Source of the DNA: Candidatus Poribacteria bacterium
GTDB lineage: Bacteria; Poribacteria; WGA-4E; WGA-3G
Assembly: GCA_963663765.2 (NCBI GenBank)
Contig: CAXXUA010000004.1
Location: 96,001-160,000, forward strand
DNA length: 64,000 nt
Direction: 5' to 3'
A program made the position numbers and the translations under genes. Below, in pieces: positions 41,303-50,263 of the stretch. The notes under the pieces are model-generated. The model was not told the origin of the DNA. It was given only the letters and a program-made list of their open reading frames with translations, and made no database searches. Each line of letters begins with the position of its first letter. Within the stretch, counting starts at the first letter, position 1.

Positions 41303-43171
41303 TCAATTATCAAAAAGCCTCATCTGTTTGATGCCTTCATGTTTTTCGGGTTCTACACTGATCGGTTCTGTAGATGGAAGTTGTATCATATCTTCTGATG
41401 TAGGTTTTTCTAAATCTTTCAGATAGTACAACCAAATATCCTTGGGCTTTCCGTTTTCATCAGTTGTTTTATATGCTAAATTTTGTCTGTAACCGCTTGT
41501 CCTACGATATTCAAACACTTTTGGTGGTTCAACATAGCCTAACTCTTCACAAAAATAATGTGCAGGAACTTGAACAAAGAGTTCTTTAAAGTAGATAGAT
41601 CCTCCCCTATTGAGCAACTCGAACTTAAATTCCTCTCTGTACGTATCATAAAACCTTTGATAAACCTTAAATTCTGGGTTAACGGTTTCATTATCAGATG
41701 TTCTTGCCATGCAACTTTTGAGAGAAACGTTGACTGCGTTTTCTGGACGGTGCTTAGAATCATCATCGGGGACTTTAGTTGTAAGTGTGATAGAAGGTTC
41801 AAAACTCCGCGTAACCACAAGTCCTCTATCGTGCAAAGGTTTGTTTTCAATGCGCGCTTCATAGACGTATTCATACAACATGTCAAAAAGTACTTCTGCT
41901 CTGTAGTCGGTGTGTGGTGTGTATTCCATAAGTTTAAGGATACCGCCTGGGTTAAAGTTCTTTTCGCTCTGCTGTTGCAAAATCTCAAGGTAATTCTGCA
42001 TCTTTACATCTGAAAGAATAGACAGAAAAGAAGGGATTTTGTCACCTACAACGACGATTTCAGCGTTAGGAATCTGTCCTTTTCGATTGCAGCGTCCTGC
42101 GCGTTGGATAAGTGAATCGGGGTTACACAATTCGGTGACAAGCAGATGCGCGTCAAGGTCGCATCCGACCTCAATAGCACTCGTTGTAAACAGTAGGTAA
42201 CCCATACCGTCGTTTTCAAGGTCCTTGAGTTTACGATAAACCTTCTTGCGTTGCCAATTGGAAAGCCGACCGTGGTAAAGGAAAATGTTCTCATTACCGT
42301 TCTGCTCTTTTATGTGCTTATAAGATGGAATGAGATCTTTAACCGTTTCAATTGTGACAATAGTTCGCTTATTTGATTCGTGGTGTTTAGATACATAGGT
42401 GCAGATTACGTCTGTAACCTTTTTGGACTTCGCAGCAATATGTTTAAACGTCTTATTAGGACACTTCCGATCTTTTTGTTTCTCTTCTTGCCACCTTTCC
42501 AGTTTCAGCCGATTTTCTACAATATAATCAACCGTATCTAAGAAATTTAATTCTTTCTGGTAAGTTTCTGGCATTGTTGCTGTCATGACAACTATATCTA
42601 AATTAGCTTTGTAGAGTGCCTTAATTAGACGTTGAAAATTGACAAATGCAACCTGATCATAGGCGTGCACCTCGTCAAAACAGAAAAGATTTTGCTTTTT
42701 GCTGTGGTGAATTCTGAACGGAAAAATATAAGACTTGTTAGGTTCACCGAAACCGAAAAAGCGATACAGGAACTTGTCGAACGTTGTAAGGATAACATCA
42801 CCATCGTAGAGATGACGTTTCCCAGTTTCCAATATTTTTCCATTTTCAAAAACGTTGCGGGATGCCTCAGATCCCCTGTCAACTACAAGCGCATAGGGTC
42901 TATCAGTCTTTTCTGATGCACGCTGGAGATATTTTTCACACCGATCAATCTGATCATCAACAAGGCTTCGTGAAGGAAAAATAAGAAAAAGTCTACGTTT
43001 AGAGTCGAGACTGGGAATAAGTACTGCTTCCGTTTTTCCACAGCCTGTAGGAGCTTTGAGCAGTAGTGCAGGATTATTCTTTTTTGGAGCGATGTGCCCA
43101 AAAAGCTCTTCCTGCATCGGATTTGGTTCGAGTTTTGTAAACTTTTGATACGCGTCTAATACGCTTTGCAT
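41303..43171 (-). CDS. cas3: Cas3' helicase (no HD domain)
   Basis: APTGCGKTE, DEVH, MTAT, YHGR, TSAIEVGCD, QRAGRCNR. Confidence 0.93.
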   Translation of the reverse strand: MQSVLDAYQKFTKLEPNPMQEELFGHIAPKKNNPALLLKAPTGCGKTEAVLIPSLDSKRRLFLIFPSRSLVDDQIDRCEKYLQRASEKTDRPYALVVDRGSEASRNVFENGKILETGKRHLYDGDVILTTFDKFLYRFFGFGEPNKSYIFPFRIHHSKKQNLFCFDEVHAYDQVAFVNFQRLIKALYKANLDIVVMTATMPETYQKELNFLDTVDYIVENRLKLERWQEEKQKDRKCPNKTFKHIAAKSKKVTDVICTYVSKHHESNKRTIVTIETVKDLIPSYKHIKEQNGNENIFLYHGRLSNWQRKKVYRKLKDLENDGMGYLLFTTSAIEVGCDLDAHLLVTELCNPDSLIQRAGRCNRKGQIPNAEIVVVGDKIPSFLSILSDVKMQNYLEILQQQSEKNFNPGGILKLMEYTPHTDYRAEVLFDMLYEYVYEARIENKPLHDRGLVVTRSFEPSITLTTKVPDDDSKHRPENAVNVSLKSCMARTSDNETVNPEFKVYQRFYDTYREEFKFELLNRGGSIYFKELFVQVPAHYFCEELGYVEPPKVFEYRRTSGYRQNLAYKTTDENGKPKDIWLYYLKDLEKPTSEDMIQLPSTEPISVEPEKHEGIKQMRLFDN

Positions 43172-43950
43172 AAGACCATCCTCTTATGTTGAAGTTCCGT
43201 TTTGTTGTGTGCGTTAACTATCATTTTACGGAGAAAGTCGACACCTTTCTCGTAATCGTTGTCTGTCAGAGCCTTAGATATCTGATGACGATATTCTTCA
43301 CATACATCAAATTCATAATAGGCAAGTGGTAAAGAGATTTCTTCATTATCAAATGGATAAGGACTAACCTCAATATTTCCATCTTCACGTTTCCGTGAGT
43401 GAAAATCCATAAAGACCCTCGGTTGAACATCTTTTGTGAATGCGTAAGTCTCAAGTTCTGCCTCAATCTGATCACACATCTCTAAGATGTATAGGTCAAA
43501 TGGAAAGTTTCTGAATTTTTCGTTGGCTAATTCTTTCTCTGTTTTGAGTTCTGCTTGTGCCTTAACAATACCCTCAACAGAAAATTCGTGATGCATCCGT
43601 ATGAGAAGTTCAACATAACGATCAGGATCAGAAACTCTAAAGCGATGTCCCGCAAAGGAATAACCGAGAGATTTCCGTCCTTTTTCTTTATAGCTTCGGT
43701 AGGTTACGCGGAAAGTCTCTGGTTTTGCGTTGTCGTGTTTCTCGGCAGCGCGTATTAGAAGGTCGCGGGTCGATTTCTCGCTCTGTTTGAAGGCTGGATA
43801 AAATTCTCGTTTAAAAGATCTGACCAATGTGACGACGTTTTCAACATGACTATCCAGTGTAAGCACAATAATTCTTTTCAAACTCTGTCCGCTATCAGGT
43901 CTATAGAAAACCCGTCCCACTTTTACAGTATCCAATTTATCAGTCATCAT
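43156..43950 (-). CDS. Stand-alone HD nuclease (Cas3'')
   Basis: LDSH...AAEKHDNAK...GHRF...IRMHH...MCDQ pattern (H-HD-H-HH-D). Confidence 0.8.
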   Translation of the reverse strand: MMTDKLDTVKVGRVFYRPDSGQSLKRIIVLTLDSHVENVVTLVRSFKREFYPAFKQSEKSTRDLLIRAAEKHDNAKPETFRVTYRSYKEKGRKSLGYSFAGHRFRVSDPDRYVELLIRMHHEFSVEGIVKAQAELKTEKELANEKFRNFPFDLYILEMCDQIEAELETYAFTKDVQPRVFMDFHSRKREDGNIEVSPYPFDNEEISLPLAYYEFDVCEEYRHQISKALTDNDYEKGVDFLRKMIVNAHNKTELQHKRMVLCKAY

Positions 43951-44722
43951 TCTCTCCTTTCCACAACTCATCAATGAAAGCTTTCGGGAGATGAACGTTC
44001 CCATCGGTATAATAATCAAGTTCAATTTCTCCGTGTACCTCACCAACAACAAATGGAACGAACCCCTTAATATCACTGGGCTCAGGGAATGTAAGGCTTA
44101 TACCTTTGGATGCACCGTCTCCCCATGCATAACGGTATAGTGGAAACGCTTTGCATGGCAGACCCACGAGTGCTGCACCAGGTAGAAGCGTATCAGGTTT
44201 TGCCCGTTTTTTCTCTAATAGCAGTTGCGTAGGTTCGGAAACCATATCCACAAAAGCGTATCCTTCTTTGCCAATCTTACAACCAAAGTTTTCAACTGTT
44301 CTTAATTGGCTTAGGAGTTCTTCATCTTCTGAAACCACGTAGCCGATAAGATTTTCAGCGAAAAGGTATTCCCATGTATGGAGTTGATAAACTTCCTTCG
44401 TTGATTGATATCGAACAATTCGCGAGAAGGCATTATGCTTAAATGACCTAATTCCCTGCCGCTTAGTCGTATGAATATGATAATTTTGCCCAATTGGATA
44501 CGCACCCAATGGGCAAAGCTGCGGTGGTAAGGCATAGTAATCTGGGTCTTTAACGGCGGTTTCCGGTAGATGTCCAGCTTCCAGCAATTTCAATCGGCGC
44601 AAAAAACCAGACATCGTAGTCGGTGGCAGAAATGGGTAAGTACTGATGTGCAAGATAGATGAGGGCATCCGTCTAAACGTCAATCCCGATGTCGGTTTAA
44701 TTACCAGTTGCAGCATCCACAT
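43940..44722 (-). CDS. cas5: Cas5-family RAMP
   Basis: TYPFLPPTTMSGFL N-terminal motif, GCKIGKEG loop, position after cas7. Confidence 0.8.
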   Translation of the reverse strand: MWMLQLVIKPTSGLTFRRMPSSILHISTYPFLPPTTMSGFLRRLKLLEAGHLPETAVKDPDYYALPPQLCPLGAYPIGQNYHIHTTKRQGIRSFKHNAFSRIVRYQSTKEVYQLHTWEYLFAENLIGYVVSEDEELLSQLRTVENFGCKIGKEGYAFVDMVSEPTQLLLEKKRAKPDTLLPGAALVGLPCKAFPLYRYAWGDGASKGISLTFPEPSDIKGFVPFVVGEVHGEIELDYYTDGNVHLPKAFIDELWKGENDD

Positions 44723-45692
44723 TAAGTACCCCCTTTTCAAACTCTATTAGATACTCTGATAGTTTAGCAATGGCGGTATCCCCGACATATCGGTGAAAAT
44801 TGCCCTCTGTTAATTCGTCTATAGGTTCTTGTTCCTTCCCTGCTACTGAAAAGACAGCCTTTTTAAACTGTTTTTTCGCAGCTTTAATGTCTGTAATGCT
44901 TGGTGAAATAACAGGCCGTTTGCCAAGTGGAGCAAGATACCGATCAATAACAATCCACGGTTCTTCTTTATCTTCTCTGACAAGTGGTGCATCATAAATT
45001 TTAACACCCTTTGGATTACCTGCTCCTAAGCGAGCCAACGCACTCATAAACGCGTAAGCTACAGTGGAAAATTCATTGTCTGTCATACTCAAACAGTGGT
45101 TGTAGACAGGATACAAGAGTCCCGGTTGGTTATATTCGCGCTTAAAGGGTGTTGGTGTTTCGTCACCTTCTTGTCGTAGTAGAGAAGGATGCATGGCACG
45201 TTGCTTTTCCTCGGGACCTAACTCTTGAATAGCGACACCTCCACTATGAGTCAGTCGTCCGATAAGAGTTGTTGCAGGTCGTTTTTCGGTTGCACTTTCA
45301 TTCTCAACTTCGGTTGCACTTGTGATGAGACCACCAAAAACTCGACAGATTGGACACTCTGCCTTACTACACGTATGTGGAATGCCGCAATTTAAGGTAT
45401 CGCCAAGTAATCCATTACCTTTCGGTGCCCAAATCAATGTACGTCGTTCGACACCGCGACGTTTTGTTGGAGAGATATAGCATTTCTCAAGTTCTTTATC
45501 CTTACTGTTTTCTTTTTCCGCATCGTTATTATTAGATAAAGGAATAGTAACTGTTTCAACTATGTTAACATTCACTTGAGTCTCGTGCCCAAAATAGAGT
45601 TCTTGGCCACCTTCAAAAATTGCGTATATGTCAAAGTTAAAACGCTGCTTAGCCGAATAATCTTCAAGTCCCGATTTTACGTTAATTGCCAT
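44697..45692 (-). CDS. cas7: Cas7-family backbone RAMP
   Basis: ISPTKRRGVERR, Cys cluster C...C...CPICRVFG, GRL, LGAG motifs; operon position. Confidence 0.8.
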   Translation of the reverse strand: MAINVKSGLEDYSAKQRFNFDIYAIFEGGQELYFGHETQVNVNIVETVTIPLSNNNDAEKENSKDKELEKCYISPTKRRGVERRTLIWAPKGNGLLGDTLNCGIPHTCSKAECPICRVFGGLITSATEVENESATEKRPATTLIGRLTHSGGVAIQELGPEEKQRAMHPSLLRQEGDETPTPFKREYNQPGLLYPVYNHCLSMTDNEFSTVAYAFMSALARLGAGNPKGVKIYDAPLVREDKEEPWIVIDRYLAPLGKRPVISPSITDIKAAKKQFKKAVFSVAGKEQEPIDELTEGNFHRYVGDTAIAKLSEYLIEFEKGVLNVDAATGN

Positions 45693-45697
45693 TTGGG

Positions 45698-46165
45698 TTA
45701 ATCTCCTTTTTGATTAAATAGGAATGCAAACTTTGCGTATAGGTTCAGTTTCAATTGATATGATAACTTCCTTAGCTGTGCTTTATTATACTTTTCAGAT
45801 AACTTAGCATAAGCGTTTAGAATATCGTCAAAGTAAATTGTCAGTGATTCGGTTCCCTCCTGATCGGACTTTGTCCGATCAGACAATTGTACCATTAGGG
45901 TGTTTTCTAATAACAACTTCCCCTGATCGTAGCAGAAGTAGTTATCATCATTTCGGTACATCGTAGCTCGAGTTCCTGGAAGGCTATCGGATGCTTCGTA
46001 GTTGAAAAAACTCGGGTTTATAACTTTCTCAATAAGTTTCTTGACTTCGCGGACCGTGTCAACGTTCTCTTTTTTTCTGACCTCACTGCGGAAGTAATCA
46101 CAGTAGGCATAGGTCAGTCCTGTGAGAGCAGCAACATCGTAATAAAAATCTGCTTGTATTGACAT
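45698..46165 (-). CDS. Putative internally translated Cas11 small subunit
   Basis: In-frame ATG preceded by AAAGGAGA; 155-aa C-terminal domain. Confidence 0.6.
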   Translation of the reverse strand: MSIQADFYYDVAALTGLTYAYCDYFRSEVRKKENVDTVREVKKLIEKVINPSFFNYEASDSLPGTRATMYRNDDNYFCYDQGKLLLENTLMVQLSDRTKSDQEGTESLTIYFDDILNAYAKLSEKYNKAQLRKLSYQLKLNLYAKFAFLFNQKGD

Positions 46166-47968
46166 CAATTTGTCTCCTTTTGAAGATAGTTCATCTTCCA
46201 ATAATACACAGTGTTTTTCCCGGAGTACCTCAAGACTCCTTTTTTCACTGTAAGACCAATCGCTGAGTTGTTTTGCTTCTGTGGACTCTGCAGTAATAAG
46301 TTTGTATATTGCAGAGATTACCTCTTCTTTCTGGATGAGTCGGATTGCTTGGCACAAGCGGATATTGTCTTTGCCGTTTACGATCATGTGTGGCTTAAAA
46401 CTCTCATTAAGGTAGCTAAGCCACACCAGATATCGCGATGATAGGTGAATCTCCGATTCGCCTGTAAATAACGTAAACTGCATCTTTTCAAGTGCGTTAG
46501 ATGGAAGTGTTTGTGCGACCCTCCAGAGAGTGTACTGAACTTGTCCAATTTTTTCTGAGACAGGAGTTGAACCTACAAAATCGTTGCACTTAATCAGTAA
46601 ATACTGTCCCGCAATTAGGTTTAATTCACCAAGGGTTAGCATCTGAAGATATTTCTCAGTGGAAACCAATACGTCTTCTTCATCGGGAATGGAAACCAAT
46701 ACGTCTTCTTCATCGGGATACGATAGGCAAACGATGATTGCTCCCTCTGCGAATTTAATCGGACAACCGAAAGCGACTGCCAGGCAATCAAAGCATATCG
46801 GGGGTTGTGCTTGTCCACTGCCAGATTGCAACCTTTGTGAAGGATCTGAGAAGACGAACCTATTCGCTTCCAATTTACCCTTAAAACGAAGGGTTTCGGT
46901 ACTGGGAGGCATAGGTCTACCACAACTGTAACACCGATTTTTTGAAGTATCACCAGCACTATGTACAGAATCTTGTTCGATCTCGTTAATTGAAGCAAGT
47001 GGGCACTTTAGGGGTCGAATTTGTTCACTTAAGATGTCAATAATCTTATCTTCAATTTTACCTTTTTTGGCGCGCGGTTTTACTGTGCCGTAAGAAAATT
47101 GGGTTGCACCAGTTCGGTTGAATTGGTGAGAAAGTTTCAATGCCTCATCAAAAAGCCTTGTTACTATATCAGATTCATCAGAACCTTGAGCATTTGCCTG
47201 CAATTCATTGCGCAATTCGGCTAAGAGTTGCCTTAGATCTTTCCTATTCTCTATTGCAGCAGTCCTCCGATCTTCGTCCGTTTTGGCTTTTCTATAGTTG
47301 TCGGGGTACCGAACAATTCTCTCCTCAAGCGTAGCAATATAAAATGCCGCTTGCCAAAGTTTCATATCCTCTGTCACCGATGGAAAATGGACATAGCCGA
47401 AGCCTCTGTTAGTCAATTTCATGCTATTTACGAATAAGGTAAAAGACTTATATAATTCCTCTTTTGAATAAGTAAATTGAACAAATTCCTGCCATGTATC
47501 TTCAAGTTGAAAATCTGTGTCCGGAATAAATAAAACCATCGTCAGACGGTTTTCAGAAAGACGAATAACACATTTTTTCTTCTGTAGGAACTCTATGAAA
47601 CGCTCAATTAGCGTGTCATAAGCAAGCCGAATTTGCATCTCTTGCGGAAGCACAGTGCGGTAAAAATTGTAAATCTTACCAATCGGACCTTCCTCGAACT
47701 GGACAATCCAGTTTTTCCCCGCATTAAGTTCTTCAATCGGATCTAAAGATCGTTCCGTTTCTGGTGGCAAGTTTCTAATATAGTGTTCTGCATCCCGGAT
47801 TACCCGTAAGGCATCCATATCGTCCCACCAACGTTTTAGTTGATCATATTCTCTCTTATCATATATATGATGCACAAATGCCTCAAAATCCTCTGTAGAC
47901 TCACTTGGGTATGTTGCCGCAAAGTGAGCGGCTAAAATCTTCTCTTTTTGTAGGTTATCTACGATCAT
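45698..47968 (-). CDS. Type I large subunit (Cas8/Cas10d-like, no HD domain seen)
   Basis: 756 aa from ATG 47968 (AAGGAGG RBS); Zn-finger CYSC...CFDC; first gene of the effector operon. Confidence 0.7.
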   Translation of the reverse strand: MIVDNLQKEKILAAHFAATYPSESTEDFEAFVHHIYDKREYDQLKRWWDDMDALRVIRDAEHYIRNLPPETERSLDPIEELNAGKNWIVQFEEGPIGKIYNFYRTVLPQEMQIRLAYDTLIERFIEFLQKKKCVIRLSENRLTMVLFIPDTDFQLEDTWQEFVQFTYSKEELYKSFTLFVNSMKLTNRGFGYVHFPSVTEDMKLWQAAFYIATLEERIVRYPDNYRKAKTDEDRRTAAIENRKDLRQLLAELRNELQANAQGSDESDIVTRLFDEALKLSHQFNRTGATQFSYGTVKPRAKKGKIEDKIIDILSEQIRPLKCPLASINEIEQDSVHSAGDTSKNRCYSCGRPMPPSTETLRFKGKLEANRFVFSDPSQRLQSGSGQAQPPICFDCLAVAFGCPIKFAEGAIIVCLSYPDEEDVLVSIPDEEDVLVSTEKYLQMLTLGELNLIAGQYLLIKCNDFVGSTPVSEKIGQVQYTLWRVAQTLPSNALEKMQFTLFTGESEIHLSSRYLVWLSYLNESFKPHMIVNGKDNIRLCQAIRLIQKEEVISAIYKLITAESTEAKQLSDWSYSEKRSLEVLREKHCVLLEDELSSKGDKLMSIQADFYYDVAALTGLTYAYCDYFRSEVRKKENVDTVREVKKLIEKVINPSFFNYEASDSLPGTRATMYRNDDNYFCYDQGKLLLENTLMVQLSDRTKSDQEGTESLTIYFDDILNAYAKLSEKYNKAQLRKLSYQLKLNLYAKFAFLFNQKGD

Positions 47969-48067
47969 CTTGGATCCTCCTTCCTTTAAGTATAACACAC
48001 CACCAGTCACACAAACCTGCAACTGAACAAAAAAATCGTTCACAATTTCATTTTATTTTGAAAAAGA

Positions 48068-48096
48068 TTGACTTATCTTGGATTAAATGTTATAAT
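48068..48096 (+). promoter_or_regulatory. Strong sigma70-type promoter with no downstream ORF
   Basis: TTGACT-17 nt-TATAAT with extended -10 TG. Confidence 0.7.
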
Positions 48097-48102
48097 ATTT
48101 TC

Positions 48103-48152
48103 AGTGCAGGACTGAACCCTCCCTCGGTGGTGGATGTAGGCCCTGCTTTTTT
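48103..48152 (+). ncRNA. Candidate ~50-nt small RNA
   Basis: GCAGGACT...AGGCCCTGC stem followed by a T run, directly after the promoter. Confidence 0.5.
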
Positions 48153-48166
48153 ATGTTATTGTTTAG

Positions 48167-48288
48167 CAGGACTTACGCAGTTTTCATGATTTGATGAAGA
48201 ATTATGACGAAAATGGTGTAATTTTCAGCATTTTTTCGGTTTCCAGCGCGCTTACAAAGCGCGCCTACCGTTGGGTGCGTAAGTCCTG
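48167..48288. mobile_element. MITE family E (TIR CAGGACTTACGCA)
   Basis: TIRs, TTTAG direct repeats, internal REP arm. Confidence 0.8.
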
Positions 48289-48289
48289 T

Positions 48290-48937
48290 TTAGGTTTCTG
48301 GTCGTATAATGCCTTCAGATATTGGATCTAACAAATTGAATGCCTGGTCAAGACCATACTTCGTTTTAGACGTAATCGGACGTTCTTGACGGAGTAGTGC
48401 ATAAGCACAAAAATCGGACAACTGAATAAAATATGACTGATCCGATTGCTTAAAAAATGGGTCTTCAAGAATACGATCTATTACACCATTTTTTAAGGTT
48501 TGCATGCGTCTAACCAATTGGGTGTAGATAGCCTCTTTCCCTTCATCGCAAATTAAAATCGCATAACTATCCTGTTGTTGTAGACTTTGGTTGATACTTC
48601 CGAGTAACGCTTCATAAGCAGGCACGTTCGCTTTAGTTGGGAACACAACGTTAAATAGTCGTGCTTCTGGCAAAGTCGCTACCATTTGAAGTGTCTGTTT
48701 GAAAATTTGGCATCGTCGCCCTTTGGTTACCACTCTATCAGCAATTTTTCCGCGCCCTGAAACAAACTTCCATGCATGGAATTCCGTGTAAATGGAAATA
48801 CCATCACTCGCTTGTATACCGTGCCTGAATTTTTTTACCTCTTTAAGACAAGCATTCCATTTGTTAGCACGAATCGTTAAGGCAGAAAATACACATAGTT
48901 CTTCATCGCCAGAGTCATCAATGTAAATCAGGTGCAT
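48290..48937 (-). CDS. DUF3800 domain protein
   Basis: IYIDDSG, EFHA, LICDEG, IQLSDFCAY motifs; AGGAG RBS before MHLIYID. Confidence 0.88.
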   Translation of the reverse strand: MHLIYIDDSGDEELCVFSALTIRANKWNACLKEVKKFRHGIQASDGISIYTEFHAWKFVSGRGKIADRVVTKGRRCQIFKQTLQMVATLPEARLFNVVFPTKANVPAYEALLGSINQSLQQQDSYAILICDEGKEAIYTQLVRRMQTLKNGVIDRILEDPFFKQSDQSYFIQLSDFCAYALLRQERPITSKTKYGLDQAFNLLDPISEGIIRPET

Positions 48938-49003
48938 CCCGTCTCCTACATACATCTTGTCCGAGTTTTACTATAATTTTATTGTATATAACGCTACTAT
49001 CAC

Positions 49004-49032
49004 ATGTTAACATGAAACGTGCGTGAAGTCAA
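49004..49032 (-). promoter_or_regulatory. Promoter of the DUF3800 gene
   Basis: TTGACT-17 nt-TAACAT with extended -10 TG. Confidence 0.65.
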
Positions 49033-49048
49033 GAAAAAAGGTAAATTT

Positions 49049-49147
49049 ACTTCAATCTCGGAATCAAGATTCTTATTTTATATAATTGGGCTGAAATATA
49101 ACGCAACTATTTTTCAATCTCGCGATCGAGCTTCTTATCCCTTCATT
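49049..49147 (-). ncRNA. Degenerate CRISPR mini-array (crRNA-like regulatory RNA, CreA/CreR-like)
   Basis: Two diverged repeats (49049-49085, 49111-49147) around a 25-nt spacer that matches 48986-49000. Confidence 0.85.
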
Positions 49148-49176
49148 AGAATAGCATAACTAATTCTTTCTGTCAA
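49148..49176 (-). promoter_or_regulatory. Promoter of the mini-array
   Basis: TTGACA-17 nt-TATTCT with extended -10 TG, abutting the first degenerate repeat. Confidence 0.65.
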
Positions 49177-49202
49177 AGACATAATCGTGCTCCTTCCCCC
49201 AT

Positions 49203-50168
49203 TTATTCATACAACTTCACCATCTTCTGTGCTGTCTGAGCGACCCATTCCCGCAAGGGCTTCGGTTTAATAACCTTTGCTTCGTGTCCGTATCCGAGAA
49301 CCCACCAACCGATTTCGTGCCAACCCGCAACCGTCGCCTCAAACTGAAGTGTGCCATTATCCATTTCCTGCAGCTGCTGTGTCGGATGCCAATTTACCTC
49401 CCGAATTAGCGGAGCGATACGTGGCGCAAACAGGATAACAACGCGCGTGTCCGGTCCAAGCATAACATCCCAACTTTTATCAAGATATTTCTGCAAAGAG
49501 AAATCTTCGGGGATGGTATAACTTGCGTGCGTGATGGAGAGCGAATTAATGCGGTTGATACGAAAGGTGAGAACTTGTTTGGATTCTTTAGAGTGACCGA
49601 TGACATACCATGCGCGTTTACGAAACAGCACCGCATAAGGTGCAAGTCGATGACGAGTTTCCTTTTGACTGCTGAAGGAATCATAAGTTATGGCAACTCT
49701 GTGCTTTTCTCGGATTGCTTGGTATAACAACTCTTTATACGGTTCCGGTTCATCAATTGGACTCACCTGTTGATCTTGCACCTCAATCCGCGGTGCTATC
49801 TGATTTAAGATGTCTTTTGTCTGCTTTGGTAGTGTGGTAGTAATCTTATGAATTGCGCGATTAAGTACCTCAACTGTTTGTTTCCCTTCGGTTGTTTTAT
49901 AAAAACTCGCTGCAGTAATCAGCGCGAGAGCTTCTTCAAAGTCAAGGTTGAGAGCGGGAAGGAAGAAATCCGAGATCATCTCGTATCCCTGTTTACCACG
50001 TGGCACAATCTGGATTCCCATAACACGCAAAAGGTCAATATCGCGCTGGATAGTCGTGATATTGACTTCAAATCGTTCTGCTAACTGGGGACGTGTCCAT
50101 TTACGTGGCTCACTGTGAATTAGATATGCAACTTCAATGATGCGTGCCATCTGATATGTTCGGTACAT
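49203..50168 (-). CDS. wHTH-WYL-WCX transcriptional regulator (PafB/C-like)
   Basis: LAERFEVNITTIQRDIDLL HTH; PYAVLFRKRAWYVIG...FRINRI WYL; WVLGYG...P..LR WCX. Confidence 0.93.
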   Translation of the reverse strand: MYRTYQMARIIEVAYLIHSEPRKWTRPQLAERFEVNITTIQRDIDLLRVMGIQIVPRGKQGYEMISDFFLPALNLDFEEALALITAASFYKTTEGKQTVEVLNRAIHKITTTLPKQTKDILNQIAPRIEVQDQQVSPIDEPEPYKELLYQAIREKHRVAITYDSFSSQKETRHRLAPYAVLFRKRAWYVIGHSKESKQVLTFRINRINSLSITHASYTIPEDFSLQKYLDKSWDVMLGPDTRVVILFAPRIAPLIREVNWHPTQQLQEMDNGTLQFEATVAGWHEIGWWVLGYGHEAKVIKPKPLREWVAQTAQKMVKLYE

Positions 50169-50263
50169 AATGCCTCTCAATTTAATTGCGGATGCCATAT
50201 TATCAGGACGGACACAAACTGCATCAGAACGCAATAATTTTTACCCAAAATGTCGTTATTTTG

